A stretch of DNA of 64,000 nucleotides from an uncultured Chloroflexia bacterium (GCA_963751345.1 CAVVUS010000019.1:32001-96000); one strand, 5' to 3'; positions 11,005-22,233 are shown, counted from the first letter of the stretch. Numbers and translations: made by a program. The notes: generated by a model from the sequence alone, not told the origin.

Positions 11005-14000
11005 ATGATGCTCAGGAGAGCCAGTCCGTGGATGCTGATCGTGACGCTGTTGTCGCTGGCGGTGCTGTTGGCAGCGCCGGCACCCGTTGCCGCGGCGACG
11101 CCGGTCGCCGGCGGGGACGTCTCGGGGACCTGGACGGCAGCGGGATCTCCGTATCTTATCAATGGGCACATCACCGTGCCCACCGGACAGACATTGACGA
11201 TCGAACCAGGCGTCCAGGTCGTCTTTGGGGACGGAGGATATGGGTTCACGATCAATGGGACGTTGTTGGCTGAGGGTACCGCAGCTGCTCCGATCGTCTT
11301 CACGACGACGGATACGTCGCCGGGATGGCTGGGGATCCGGTTTGTGAATGCCTCGGACGCCAGCAGTTTGAGCTACGCAATCGTCGAGAAGGGCCACGCC
11401 TCTGTCGCCAGCCCGGGGAATATCGGCGGCGGGATCTACATCGAGGGATGTTCGCCCACGATCAGCCACTCGACCATTCGCGACAACTATGCCACGTATG
11501 CCGGAGGTGGGATCGCCCTGACCAACTCCAACGCGATCCTGCGCGATAACCAGATCCTGGACAACCACGCGGGGATTCAGGCGTCGGCCTATGGCGGCGG
11601 GATCTACATGGTCAAATCGAACCCTGAGCTGACGCGGAACGTCATCCGCGGCAACTACTCAGCGTGGCGGGGAGTTTCTCGACGCCCTACGGCGAGGGGG
11701 GGCGATTTTCGCCCGCAGCTCGAGCCCCGTGCTGACGGACAATGTCATCGCGGACAACATGGTCAACGCCTCAGCCAACAGCTACGCCCGCGGCGGTGGG
11801 ATCTACTTCTACTACGGGAGCCCGGTGCTGGTGAACAACACTCTGGCGAACAACGGCGTGACCACGGGCGGAGGTGTCTACTCGTACTGGGAAGGTGGGG
11901 GTCTCTACCTCTACTGGTCACAGGTGACGTTGGTCAACGACATCCTGTCGGGCAACGTCGCCAACAGCGGGGCGCAGATCTACATCGAGGGCCAGACCCA
12001 GCTCACCGTGGCCCACACCGACCTGGATGGCGGGACGGCTGGTGTGGTCAACAGTGACGGCGCGCCGATCGTGCAATTGGGCGGCAACCTCAATGCCGAC
12101 CCGCGCTTCGTCGATGCAGCAGGCGGCGATTACAGCTTGCAGTCCAACTCGCAGGTCATCGACGCCGGAATAGCGCATCTCGAGTACAACGGCACGGTCT
12201 ACGTGGATCTGTCGCCGGATCAGTACAATGGCAGCGCGCCGGACATGGGCGCGTCGAGTTCGGTACGCCGCGGCCAACCAGCCGCCCGTGGCGGTGGCCA
12301 CGGCGACGCCGGACTGTGGCAGCGCGCCGCTCACGGTCCAGTTCGGGTCCGATGGGTCGAGTGATCCCGACGGCACAATTGTGAGCTATTCGTGGGACTT
12401 CGGCGATGGCGGGACGTCGACCGAGGCCAATCCCGCTGCATACATATGCCAGTGTGGGCTCTATAGCGCCACGCTGACGGTCACCGACGATGACGGCGCC
12501 GTTCACACCGACACCATCCCCGTGACCGTTGTGGACGGGACGACGGTCCTGGAGGGGAACGTATCGGGCACCTGGACCGCGGCGGGATCGCCGTACCGCG
12601 TCGATGGCGACATCGTGGTGCCCTCGGGCCAGACGCTCACGATCGAGGCAGGGACGACCGTGCTCTTCGAGAGTTGGTGGAAGCTGACCGTCAACGGCAC
12701 ATTGTTGGTGGAGGGGACACAAGCTGATCCCGTACTTTTCACGGCACCCGACACCACGTCGGGATGGCTAGGCATTCGCTTCGTCAACGCGTCGGACAGC
12801 AGTCATCTCAGCTACGCGATCGTGGAGAAGGGCCACGCTTCGGGCGCGTCCCCGGAGAACACCGGCGGCGGGATCTACATCGAGGGATCGTCCCCACGAT
12901 CGATCACTCAACGGTTCGCGACAACTACGCTACCTATGCGGGCGGCGGCGTCTACCTGACCAACTCAAATGCCGTCCTGCGCGACAACCTGATCGAGAAC
13001 AACCGGGCGGGGATGGGCGGGTCGTCCTACGGTGGCGGCATCTACATGATCAACTCAAGCCCTGAGCTGACACGGAACGTGATCCGTGGCAACTCAACCA
13101 ACGTGGCGGGGACGTACACGACGCCCTATGGTGAGGGGGGCGGGCTCTTCACCCGTAGCTCGAGTCCGGTGCTGACGGGTAACGTGATCGTAGAGAACAT
13201 GGTCAACGCCTCGGCCAACAGTTACGCCCGCGGCGGGGCTGCGTTCTTCTACTACGGGAGCCCGGTGTTGGTGAACAACACGATCGCCAACAACGGGGTG
13301 GAGCTGGGCGGCGGGGTCTACTCATACTGGGAGGGCGGGGGGCTCTACCTCTACTATTCGCAGGTAACGCTGGTCAACGATATCGTGTGGGGCAACGCCG
13401 CCAACAACGGCACCCAGGTCTTCATCGAGGGAACGACTCAGCTCACGGTTGCTTACACTGACGTGGACAGCAGCGCCACGGGTGTGGTCAACAGCGATGG
13501 CGCGCCTATCGTGCAGCTGGGCGGTATGCTCAATGCCGATCCGCGCTTCGTCGATTCGGCGAATGGCGACTACAACCTGCAGGCGAACTCACCGGCTGTC
13601 GACGCCGGCACGGCATATCTCGAGTACAACGGCACGGTCTACGTGAACCTGACGCCCGATCAATACAACGGAAATGCCCCGGATATGGGCGCGTTGGAGT
13701 CAGGTTTCACGGGGACGACGAACCAGCCACCTACGGCGGTGGCATCGGCGAGCCCACAGACCGGCACCGCACCGCTGAGCGTTCAGTTCAGCTCCGCCGG
13801 ATCGAGTGATCCCGACGGCACCATCGCGACCTTCGCGTGGGACTTTGATGACGGGAGCACGGCCTCGGAGGCCAACCCGACGCACACGTACGGCGCAGCC
13901 GGGAGCTATCAGGCGATTCTCACCGTGACGGACGATGGCGGGGCGGCCGCCACCGCGGCGGTGGACATCACGGTGAGCCCGGCCTCGCAGCCCGAGATCC

Positions 14001-14305
14001 ACGTGCAGGCCCAGACCGTTGCGCGGCTCACGAGTGGCAATCGTGCCCGTGGTACGGATACCATCCTGATCGTGGATCAGTCAGGCCAGCCGGTAAACCG
14101 GGTGAGTGTCACCGTCTCCTATGCTGGGCCCAACAGTGGGCAGTTGAGCGGTAGGACCAGCTCCGACGGCCTGGTCACCCTGAGGACGCCGTGGCAACGC
14201 CGGCCGAGCGGCACGTGGTGCTTCACTGTGACGAGTGTTACCAAGGGAGGATACGCGTACAATCCGGCGGCTAACGTCGTGACGATGCAGTGTGAGACGC
14301 CCTGA
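11005..14305 (+). CDS. Secreted protein: signal peptide, two tandem (right-handed beta-helix + PKD) units and a C-terminal beta-sandwich; several frameshifts
   Basis: ORFs 10987..12057, 11729..12364, 12228..12959 and 12764..14305 are collinear. GGGIY repeats, 'NADPRFVD...DYSLQSNS..IDAG', PKD motifs 'SSDPDGTIVSYSWDFGDG' and 'WDFDDG...ANPTHTY'. Confidence 0.8.
11113..13945 (+). repeat. Intragenic direct duplication of about 1.4 kb (approx. 11113..12500 and 12555..13945)
   Basis: Near-identical DNA blocks occur twice, e.g. 'gacctggac.gc.gcgggatc.ccgta', 'gaacatggtcaacgcctc.gccaacag.tacgcccgcggcgg' and 'ctcgagtacaacggcacggtctacgtg'. Confidence 0.9.
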
Positions 14306-14321
14306 ACCTGGGCGCCGGGCG

Positions 14322-14358
14322 GGGGACATGCCGAGGATCTCGATCCCCGGCATGCCCC
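14322..14358 (+). terminator. GC-rich hairpin after the beta-helix gene
   Basis: ggggacatgccgaggat-ctcg-atccccggcatgcccc is an imperfect stem just after the stop, without a strong U-tract. Confidence 0.4.
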
Positions 14359-14469
14359 GTTGCCGTGATTTCCGGCCTTGGGCCTATCGCATTCGAACGC
14401 GGTATCTGAGTCGCAGTGCCGCGGTGTAATACCGGATCCTGACACATCATCTCGAAAAGAGGTCGGACG

Positions 14470-14832
14470 ATGGCGAACAATCCTATCAACCTGGGTATAC
14501 GGTTTCTTCTAGAGCTGGTCGCATGGGGCGCCCTTGGGTATTGGGGCTGGGTCCGTCACGCCGGCGCGTGGCGTTTCCTGTTGGCGATCGGCCTGCCGCT
14601 CGCAGCAATGGTGCTTTGGGGCGTCTTCCGTGTACCAAACGACGGCGGTCCCCCGGTCGTCGCGGTACCTGGCGTGGCACGGCTGGCGCTAGAGGCGGTC
14701 GTCTTCGGGGCTGCGGTAGTACTGCTTGTCGATGCCGGTCAGCGTCCCTTGGGTATCGCGCTGGCCATCATCCTTGTGGCGCACTACGCCGTCTCCTACG
14801 ACCGCGTTGCCCGGCTGCTCACGGTGGGCTGA
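14470..14832 (+). CDS. YrdB family (DUF2568) membrane protein
   Basis: 'NLGIRFLLELVAWGALGYWGW', 'AIGLPLAAMVLWGVFRVPND', 'RLALEAVVFGAA'. Confidence 0.85.
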   Translation: MANNPINLGIRFLLELVAWGALGYWGWVRHAGAWRFLLAIGLPLAAMVLWGVFRVPNDGGPPVVAVPGVARLALEAVVFGAAVVLLVDAGQRPLGIALAIILVAHYAVSYDRVARLLTVG

Positions 14833-14961
14833 CACGCTTCTGCCTGCACCGGGGTCTGAGGTCGGACGGGAGCCGAAAACGGCAATGAGGAGCGAGCGCT
14901 TGCGCTTCATCGCCCTCTCTCCCCTTTCGTGTTTTCGCCCCGAGAGCAAAGCAGAGGGCCG

Positions 14962-15858
14962 TTACCGGCGCCGTTCCTCCAGCTCCTCGACGGTGCGGGG
15001 CCAGTCGTCCTTGAGCAGCCGCGAGAGCGCCCTGTCGGCCAGCAGCCGTCCCTCGGTCTGGCAGGTCGGGCAGTAGTTAGTCTCGTTGGCTGCGTAGCGG
15101 ATGCGTTGCACCGGCGTCCCGCAGACGGGACATGGCTTGCCGTAGCGGCCGTGGACGGCCATGTCGTCGCGGAAGGCAGTGATCTTGGTGGGGAGGCCGT
15201 CGCCGACCTCGGCACGCAGGGCCTCCGTGAACTCGTTGAGGATGGCGCGGGTGGCGTCGAGGAGCCGCGCGACCTGTTCGTCCGAGATGCTCCGGCTGAG
15301 CAGGAAGGGCGACAGCCTCGCCCGGTGCAGAATCTCGTCGGAGTATGCGTTGCCGATGCCGCTCAGGATCGTCGGGTCGGTGAGCGTGCGTTTGAGGGTG
15401 TGGTTCTCGAACCGGATGGCTGCGGCGAAGGCCTCCGGCGTGGCCTCCATCACCTCCAGCCCGCCGCGCTCGAAGGCGGCCAACCCCTCGCGTCCCCGGA
15501 CCACGTGGAGCGACGCGCGTTTCTGCGACGACGCCTCGGTGAGAAGGAGCGTCCCATTGTCAAAGTCGAAAGCCGCCAGCCCGCGTTTTTTCGGAATCGC
15601 CTTGCCCAGATCTTGCCAGGCAAGGCGTCCGCTGACCATCAGGTGGAGAACGAGGTAGATCTCATCCTCGAAGTCGAAGACGATTCGTTTCCCGAAGCGC
15701 TCGAGGTCGACCAGGCGCCGCCCCTCGACATCGCCGACGGGTGGCACAGCGGTGCGTAGCAAGAAGGGGTGGGCGATGCGGACGTGATCCAGCCGCCGCC
15801 CGCCAACGACCGCGCGCAGTCGCTCGATGTAGACGACGACGTCCGGGTACTCCGGCAT
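14962..15858 (-). CDS. Fpg/Nei family DNA glycosylase (formamidopyrimidine-DNA glycosylase-like)
   Basis: N-terminal PE motif 'MPEYPDV', 'RFGKRI', 'HLMVSG', H2TH 'SGIGNAYSDEILHRA', zinc finger CPVC...CPTCQ. Confidence 0.92.
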   Translation of the reverse strand: MPEYPDVVVYIERLRAVVGGRRLDHVRIAHPFLLRTAVPPVGDVEGRRLVDLERFGKRIVFDFEDEIYLVLHLMVSGRLAWQDLGKAIPKKRGLAAFDFDNGTLLLTEASSQKRASLHVVRGREGLAAFERGGLEVMEATPEAFAAAIRFENHTLKRTLTDPTILSGIGNAYSDEILHRARLSPFLLSRSISDEQVARLLDATRAILNEFTEALRAEVGDGLPTKITAFRDDMAVHGRYGKPCPVCGTPVQRIRYAANETNYCPTCQTEGRLLADRALSRLLKDDWPRTVEELEERRR

Positions 15859-15864
15859 AGCCCC

Positions 15865-17622
15865 TCAGGCCGCCTGTGGTATATCCTTCTGTTGATCCGA
15901 GCGCCAATGACAGTTCTTGTATTTCTTCCCGCTGCCGCACCAGCAGGGATCGTTTCGGCCGGGCTGCGGTTGAGTCCGGCCCCCGCCGGGCCAAACGGCA
16001 GCCGCCCGTGGGGTGAGCTCGACGACGTCACCAAGCGGCCTATCCTCATCCTCATCGTCCCAGTCGTATTCATCATCCCAGTCATCGTCGTCCGCGCGCT
16101 CGGCGAACATCGCTCCGACCTGTGCGATGGCATCCTCTGTTGTCATCGGCGTGAACATCATGCTAAAGGCTGCTTCGGCATCGTCCTTGGAGCGGCTCAG
16201 AAGAATGTCCGCGATCTTCGCCAGGGCGCTCCGAGATACATGAGGCTCCCGGCCGGCCGACGCACGTGATAGCTCCTCGATGACGGCCCTGCGCCCGAGG
16301 CGGTGCGCGACGAGGGTGAGCGCGCTTCCGAGGTGTGTCTCCGGCCCTGCAGCATCACTGTCCATCCACCGGAAGAGCGGAACGAGTGCCCTGCGGCCAC
16401 CCACGCGACCTGCCATAGCGAGAAGTTCGTCGAACTCCCAGCCGGCTTCGAGCACTTGCGCCACCGCCTCTTCCGCGCGGGGGTCGCCGAGATCGATCAA
16501 CGCCCACATCGGCCCGATGAGATAGCCGGTTTCTACTGTCATAAGCGCGCTCTGGAAATAGGTCCAGATGCGGTCACTACCCTCACGTGCATCGAGCTGT
16601 CCCAGGACCACGCACGCCAGAGCTTTCCCATAGTCATCGAGCCTGTCAAAGACCTCCAGCAGCGCGGGCACAGCGGGCGGCCCGAGCCGCTGGAGCGCGC
16701 CTGCAAGACGCTCCTGGATCCACGCGCGATCCCTGAAAACAGCTGTGCCGGGCTCGACAAGCCTCTCGGCGATCAAAGCAGCGCTGTCCGGGCCGAAGGC
16801 AGTGATATGCTGCAGCCACTCCGCAACCAGCAATGGGTCACCCACCGGAACGAGATCCAGCAGGTCTGCTGCGGATCCGGCAGTTCGAATGCGGTTGGCC
16901 AGTTTCTCATGGTCAGGCCCGAGGGGCAGTATCTCCGTGGGAATGGCTCCGAGCATGATGTCGATCGTGCTGGGGGAGAGCATCTCCCAGCGGGCCGCCG
17001 TGAGGGGGTGGAAGGTAGGCCCGGCGGGAACGAGCGCGTCCATCATGTCCAGAAGCGCCTCCGTGGTCAGATCCGGGTCGAATGCCGCGGGATCGAAGTC
17101 CTCGCCCGCCCACTCAACCCACGTTCCGTGATCGGGGTTGGCTTTGTCCGCTATGGCCTGCAGAAAGTCCGTGTATCCCCAGATCCCGCCAACATCCTCG
17201 GGTGGGCACGCCCGTCTTCCTGTGACGCAGATCGGATAGTCTTCCTCAGGGTCTGCGGGCAAGATCTTCTCCAGCTTGAGGACGTGGCGCCACGAGTCGC
17301 CGAAGTCATATTCGTACTCCAGTTTGTCGCCTACCCTCTCCAGGACGTCGCTGAGCGCGAACTCCCGCTCGTCGAGCGTGCCCATGCCCCAGTCATCCTG
17401 TGAGACATCGCCGAGCTCCCCGTCGTCGGTGGTGAACATATGGAGATGGTAGTCCTCCCATCCCATCGCCACCTGGATGATATGATGGACGATATCCAGC
17501 GTAAGGTCGGACGGCAGGAGCAGCCGTCGCCAGATCGGGGGATGCGCGTCCCTCAGATCCAGGCGAATCTGATAGATGGGCGCTTCCACGACGTCATCCT
17601 GAGTTTCTCTTTGATCGGTCAT
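15865..17622 (-). CDS. pRiA4b ORF-3-family domain protein with central helical (HEAT-like) region and C-terminal SEC-C motif
   Basis: 'PPIWRRLLLP', 'MGWEDYHLHMF', 'YEYDFGDSWRH', 'GRRACPPEDVGGIWGY'; acidic tract; 'GRNDPCWCGSGKKYKNCH'. Confidence 0.88.
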   Translation of the reverse strand: MTDQRETQDDVVEAPIYQIRLDLRDAHPPIWRRLLLPSDLTLDIVHHIIQVAMGWEDYHLHMFTTDDGELGDVSQDDWGMGTLDEREFALSDVLERVGDKLEYEYDFGDSWRHVLKLEKILPADPEEDYPICVTGRRACPPEDVGGIWGYTDFLQAIADKANPDHGTWVEWAGEDFDPAAFDPDLTTEALLDMMDALVPAGPTFHPLTAARWEMLSPSTIDIMLGAIPTEILPLGPDHEKLANRIRTAGSAADLLDLVPVGDPLLVAEWLQHITAFGPDSAALIAERLVEPGTAVFRDRAWIQERLAGALQRLGPPAVPALLEVFDRLDDYGKALACVVLGQLDAREGSDRIWTYFQSALMTVETGYLIGPMWALIDLGDPRAEEAVAQVLEAGWEFDELLAMAGRVGGRRALVPLFRWMDSDAAGPETHLGSALTLVAHRLGRRAVIEELSRASAGREPHVSRSALAKIADILLSRSKDDAEAAFSMMFTPMTTEDAIAQVGAMFAERADDDDWDDEYDWDDEDEDRPLGDVVELTPRAAAVWPGGGRTQPQPGRNDPCWCGSGKKYKNCHWRSDQQKDIPQAA

Positions 17623-17743
17623 GGCATACGCCTCCTCGGTCGTCTGGTTACCATCTGAATTCTAGTGGCACGCGGTCCGAGGTCAAGGGCAGGTATCGCC
17701 CCGCCTGGTTGACGGTGCCGATGAAGCGCATCGGAAGGGGGCG

Positions 17744-19954
17744 TCAGGCCACGGCCCGGCGGATGGCGAAAAGGGTGACGGCTGCCGTGAGCAACAGCCC
17801 GAGATAGAAGAGGACGTCGTGGGCGGCGACAATAGCGGGCGGCGTCGCGGCCTGTGGCGACTGGCCGACCTTGACCTGCGAGAGGTCTACCTGATCCAGG
17901 ATCGAGGCCGCGAGCGCCGGGCTGTAGCTAGCGGTCTTCTTGAAGATCAGGCAGTTAGGGTGATCATAGACGCTGAACGACTCCTCGGCCTTGGGCAGCG
18001 GCACGTCGATCAGTTTGCCCTGGGTCGACGTCTCCGGTGCCATCAACCGAAACGGCGTCTCCTGGTCGGGGAAGGCGAAGGGGCCGATCGTCGGGTAGGA
18101 AGTGAACTCTCCGACCAACTCAAAGCCTAACTCGCCCGCAAAGAGGGAGCGATAGTACTCGATCGTCAGGGGGTAGCGCTCCGGGAGCCGTGGGATCGAC
18201 GCGTAGAGCCGGTTGCTGGCCAGGAAGATGTAGTCGGTCTCATCGAGCCAGGCAAGCAACTCATCGCGCTTCTCGGGCGTGTCCTCGTCGTAGAGCGCCA
18301 TCGTGATGCCGATGTAGCCGTCGGTGACGCCGCCGCGGGCGTCGACGCGTAGAGGCAGCCCCCAGTCCCAGTGCTCGTTAGCGACGACGCTGTCGACGGG
18401 TACGTTGGCATAGATCCAGCGCGAGGCGGCGATGCGCGTATTGGGGCGGAGATAGACGGTGAAGAAGCCGGCGCCCCACGCAGCGGTACCTCCGACCACT
18501 AGGAATACGGCGGCCCATGCCATCACCCGCGCGGATTGCCCGCGCGGCGATCCGCTTGTCTGCCGGCCGGCCGTTTCGCCGCTTCGGCGCCTCACGAGCC
18601 GCACCAGGGCATAGCTCGCCATCAGGATCAGCAGGGGATAGATAGGCAGGAAGTAGCGCAGTGCCTTCACCCACCGCGTGGCGTAGAAGACGAAGTAGGC
18701 GGTGGTCCAGGGCCATAGCACGAGGTGTTCCAGCCTGCCGCGGGCCAGCTCCACACCCATCAGTGCCCAACCCACCCACGCGGCCAAGCCCAGCGGCAAC
18801 CCCATCCCCCAGAACACGATGTTGACCCACGGGAAAACGACCGGCAGGCGGTCGGTCCACTGCCGGCCCGAGGGGTAGTCGAGCAGACCGCTCTGCTCCT
18901 CGCCAATCTGCTTCAGACGCGCGAACCACTCCGGGCTCGGGCGCACGCCGAAGAATCCCGGCCCCTCGAAGGCGTAGGGCTGCGCCACGCGGAAGGCGAC
19001 GAAGGCAAGCAGACCTGACAGCAGGACCGGCAGGGCGATGGCCAGGATAGCGGCCCACGCCCTCCGCCAGATGCCGCCCGCGCCACCTTCCGGCTGTCCG
19101 TCTCCTTCGGCGGGCGGCCCAGCCGCCGCCGTGTGACGCAGGACCCACGCCGCAGCACCGAGCGCGACAAGCCCTGCGGCGACCGCTGCACTGATCTTGG
19201 ATGCCGTCGCGAGCCCCGTCGACAGTCCAGCGAGGCCCAGGTCGATCCAGGGAGGGTGTCTGGCCTGTGCGGCACGCACCGCGAGATACGCGGTCAGCGT
19301 GGTGAAGAGCGTGGCAGCACTATCGACGGTGAAGAAGTGCGCTTGCTGGATCATCAGCACGGTGACGGACGCGAGGGCCATGGCAATGAGCCCCGCGGTC
19401 TCACCGTAGAGCCGCCGTCCCAGGAGGTAGATCAGCAGGACCGTGCCCAGGTCGGCCAGTGCGGAGAGATGGCGGCCCAGGAAGGCGCTGTAGGTCCACG
19501 TGAAGATGCCGGCAGGGCAGGGCACGTCCACCGGTCGCCCCACGCTTCGGAGGAACAGCGTCGCCAGCCTCGCGTTCAGCGCCCAGGGTGCCGCCTCGGG
19601 TCCGGCAGGCTGGGCACACCCCTGTTCCAGCCACTCGGCCAGCGCCCGCGTGGCGAAGAGGGGCAGGGTTCCGTAGCTGTAGACCTGGCCGTTATTCAGC
19701 GGGTTGAGGGGCGAAGTGTGGGTATCAAAGTAGCTGCTGAGGCTATCGGGCAGGTGAATCGCCCCGGTGACAGTGCGCATGTGACCTTCATCGGGATGGA
19801 TCCACTGCGCCATATCCCAGTTGAGGCCGGTGAAGCGCAGCAGCCCGGCGACGACCAGGACCGCACCCACGAGGCTCCATCGGAGGATGGCTCCCCATAC
19901 GATGTCGGGCGCGCGACTATCGCGGGTCGGTGTGTCGTCGAAAAGGTCGGTCAC
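17744..19954 (-). CDS. GT-C fold membrane glycosyltransferase (PMT/GT39-ArnT-like)
   Basis: 'LRFTGLNWD...HPDE', 'YSYGTLPL', 'GRHLSALADLGT', 'QQAHFFTVDS', 'RYFLPIYP'; many TM segments. Confidence 0.8.
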   Translation of the reverse strand: MTDLFDDTPTRDSRAPDIVWGAILRWSLVGAVLVVAGLLRFTGLNWDMAQWIHPDEGHMRTVTGAIHLPDSLSSYFDTHTSPLNPLNNGQVYSYGTLPLFATRALAEWLEQGCAQPAGPEAAPWALNARLATLFLRSVGRPVDVPCPAGIFTWTYSAFLGRHLSALADLGTVLLIYLLGRRLYGETAGLIAMALASVTVLMIQQAHFFTVDSAATLFTTLTAYLAVRAAQARHPPWIDLGLAGLSTGLATASKISAAVAAGLVALGAAAWVLRHTAAAGPPAEGDGQPEGGAGGIWRRAWAAILAIALPVLLSGLLAFVAFRVAQPYAFEGPGFFGVRPSPEWFARLKQIGEEQSGLLDYPSGRQWTDRLPVVFPWVNIVFWGMGLPLGLAAWVGWALMGVELARGRLEHLVLWPWTTAYFVFYATRWVKALRYFLPIYPLLILMASYALVRLVRRRSGETAGRQTSGSPRGQSARVMAWAAVFLVVGGTAAWGAGFFTVYLRPNTRIAASRWIYANVPVDSVVANEHWDWGLPLRVDARGGVTDGYIGITMALYDEDTPEKRDELLAWLDETDYIFLASNRLYASIPRLPERYPLTIEYYRSLFAGELGFELVGEFTSYPTIGPFAFPDQETPFRLMAPETSTQGKLIDVPLPKAEESFSVYDHPNCLIFKKTASYSPALAASILDQVDLSQVKVGQSPQAATPPAIVAAHDVLFYLGLLLTAAVTLFAIRRAVA

Positions 19955-20094
19955 GAAGTGCAGTCTCGGTCCATTTCGGCGTATTATCCGGTTTCACGCC
20001 TCCGAGTCAAGGCACGACGGGAATAAAGCGATTCTCTGTCCGGGCCAACCGCGGCCAGGTTTGTAGACGAACCACGCCTGTGCCGCGGTTGGGC

Positions 20095-22233
20095 TCAGGG
20101 AGCAGGGATGCTGAGCTCCGCGGTGTAGCCGGCCGCATCGCGTGCAGCGATGCGGATGACGTAGTCCCCCGTCGCTGGTATCTCGCCCGTCCACGTGAGG
20201 GCGCCGGATCCCGGGGCAAGAAGCGGCGTGCCATCGGGCGACGCCACGATGCTCAGGCCGATGGCCCCTGCGGGGGCGGTGACCTGGAGATTCGCGCTCT
20301 GTCCCTCCATCGCGCGGAAGACGAAGTGTTGCACCTGGCCTGCGGCCAGGTCTCCCGCCCACTGCGCCTGGGCGGCGCCCGGCGCGAACGTGATCCGCTC
20401 CGGGCTGGCCGGGCCGAGCGCGTAACCGCCCGAGGTCGCGGGCGCGCCGTAGAGGTCGTGAGCGCAGTTGATGGAGAGGGTGACGTCACGGTTCTCCGGC
20501 GCCACGTCACACGAGGCGATGGGTTGATCGTCGGGGCAGAGTCCCGGCGGTGGCGACCAGCCTACCTCGACCAGGCAGAGGCCGCCGCCCCGGATGAAGC
20601 CCGTGGCTTCCCCCGTCGGCCCGCCTGCCTGGTAAGCGATGCTCTCCTGCCAGCCCTGGTCGCTGAAGTAGGCCCGCAGGAGATTGGCGGTCGCGGCGAT
20701 GTCCGGGAAGTCCGTGCCATTCCCTTCGGCCCGGACCTGGCATCCCGTGCCGCTGCCACCACTGACATAGTCGTTGAAGCTCACGGTCGACGTCACCACC
20801 GGCGTGCCCAGCAGGGGCGCGACGTCGCGCGCGAGGCCGTCGCACGCCAGAGGCGCGAACTGCTGAGGCCCACGGACGACTGTCTTGAGGGGCACCCATC
20901 CGAGCTCGGTCGCGTAAGGCCCGTTCTCGCCCATGGCCACGACCGCCCGTTGTGCACTCCACAGAGGCGACGATGCATCCCCTGCCGACAGCCCCGACTG
21001 CGGCATGCCGAGGAGCCCGACCAGTTGCCCGCTCTCGGCAGTGCAGAGGTAGTTGATCCGTTCGCCGTTGACGCCACCCGTCGCGCCGGTCGCCACGCCG
21101 CACCGGGCGCCGTCTGCCAGCTCGACCAGCCAGGGGCTACCATTCGCTGTGAGCGCGGCCTCGCTCAACGGCAGCGGCTCCGTGAGCTGGAGCGGGAAGC
21201 CCGGATCGCCGGTCAGCGGGTCGGGCGTGCAGACGAGGAGGTCGGATTCACCCGGAATCTCAAAGCACGGATCGGCAATCGAGTTGCCCACGGTACATCG
21301 CCAGGCGTGCGGGTCCGTCACCGCGAGGGCCCCGCTGAAACACGAGCCCCGCTGAACCGGGCCGATGGGCCGTGTGGGCGCGTAGTCGATGACGTTTGTG
21401 GCGGCGAACCCGGCCTGCACCGCACCGTCCAACGGCGAATCGTAGATGCGGGCCTCACTCAGAGGTACGGTCTGCTGCGACGCGATCGCCCATCCGTCGC
21501 CTTGGGGCACGACGTGGGCGAGCGTGGCCGTCCATACGTCGCCGGTGGCGGGGCTGCCGAGCAGGACGTCGCGTCCACCGCCGGCAGCCTCGCTGCCGCA
21601 GTTGTAGGTGGCAGGTTGGCTCTCGATGGTGATCTCGGGCGTCAGGTCGCGCAGGCAGGTCAAGTGGCGTGACGTCGCCGGTGCCGGACAGAACCGGGAT
21701 GACGACATACCACGGTGTGCCGGTGGCTTGCTTGGCCGCCGTCGGTTGCGCCGGCAGGGGCTCGGGCGATAGCAGCACGAAGGCATCGCCCGTCGGGTCG
21801 CAGACGAGCGTGCCGTCCGGCTGCTGAAGGCAGGGGTCCGCGCCGTCCGTGCCGTCGTCGCGGGGAGTATATGAGCGACACTTCCAGGCCGACAGGCTCG
21901 GCACGACGTCTGAGCTGCCGAGGCAAACGCCCTGATGCCCGGGTAGGTTGGTGGCGCTGCCAGCGCCGTCTCGACGACTACGTTCGTTACGGTCACCTGG
22001 GCTGTAGCGAGCACAGGGGCAGCGGCGCTCCCCCCGGGCGTCGCCGTCGGGATCGAGGTGGACTTGGGCGACGGCGCTGCAGGCGTCTCAGTGGGTACCA
22101 GCGTGGGGCGAAGCGTCTGGGTTGGACCGGCGGAGGGCCCGTTCCGGCACCCGAAGAGCAGCGTGAGTGCCAGGGCGAGCGCCGCCAGGGCACCCGAAGC
22201 CGGTTGTCCGATCTGCCTACCTATCTTGCGCAT
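20095..22233 (-). CDS. Cys-rich putative lipoprotein with duplicated domain and C-terminal PPC-like domain (internal compensating frameshifts)
   Basis: ATG 22233 with ggagg RBS; lipobox-like 'LLFGC'; PT linker; 'AWRC..N.IADPCF'; C-terminal 'ERITFAPGA...WTGEIPATGDYVIRI'. Confidence 0.7.
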   Translation of the reverse strand: MRKIGRQIGQPASGALAALALALTLLFGCRNGPSAGPTQTLRPTLVPTETPAAPSPKSTSIPTATPGGSAAAPVLATAQVTVTNVVVETALAAPPTYPGIRAFASAAQTSCRACRPGSVAHILPATTARTARTPAFSSRTARSSATRRAMPSCCYRPSPCRRNRRRPSKPPAHRGMSSSRFCPAPATSRHLTCLRDLTPEITIESQPATYNCGSEAAGGGRDVLLGSPATGDVWTATLAHVVPQGDGWAIASQQTVPLSEARIYDSPLDGAVQAGFAATNVIDYAPTRPIGPVQRGSCFSGALAVTDPHAWRCTVGNSIADPCFEIPGESDLLVCTPDPLTGDPGFPLQLTEPLPLSEAALTANGSPWLVELADGARCGVATGATGGVNGERINYLCTAESGQLVGLLGMPQSGLSAGDASSPLWSAQRAVVAMGENGPYATELGWVPLKTVVRGPQQFAPLACDGLARDVAPLLGTPVVTSTVSFNDYVSGGSGTGCQVRAEGNGTDFPDIAATANLLRAYFSDQGWQESIAYQAGGPTGEATGFIRGGGLCLVEVGWSPPPGLCPDDQPIASCDVAPENRDVTLSINCAHDLYGAPATSGGYALGPASPERITFAPGAAQAQWAGDLAAGQVQHFVFRAMEGQSANLQVTAPAGAIGLSIVASPDGTPLLAPGSGALTWTGEIPATGDYVIRIAARDAAGYTAELSIPAP

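Noticed and set aside
15865-17622. Mobile element suggested by the pRiA4b/IS1096-passenger domain
   Set aside because: No transposase, terminal inverted repeats or target duplication are visible.
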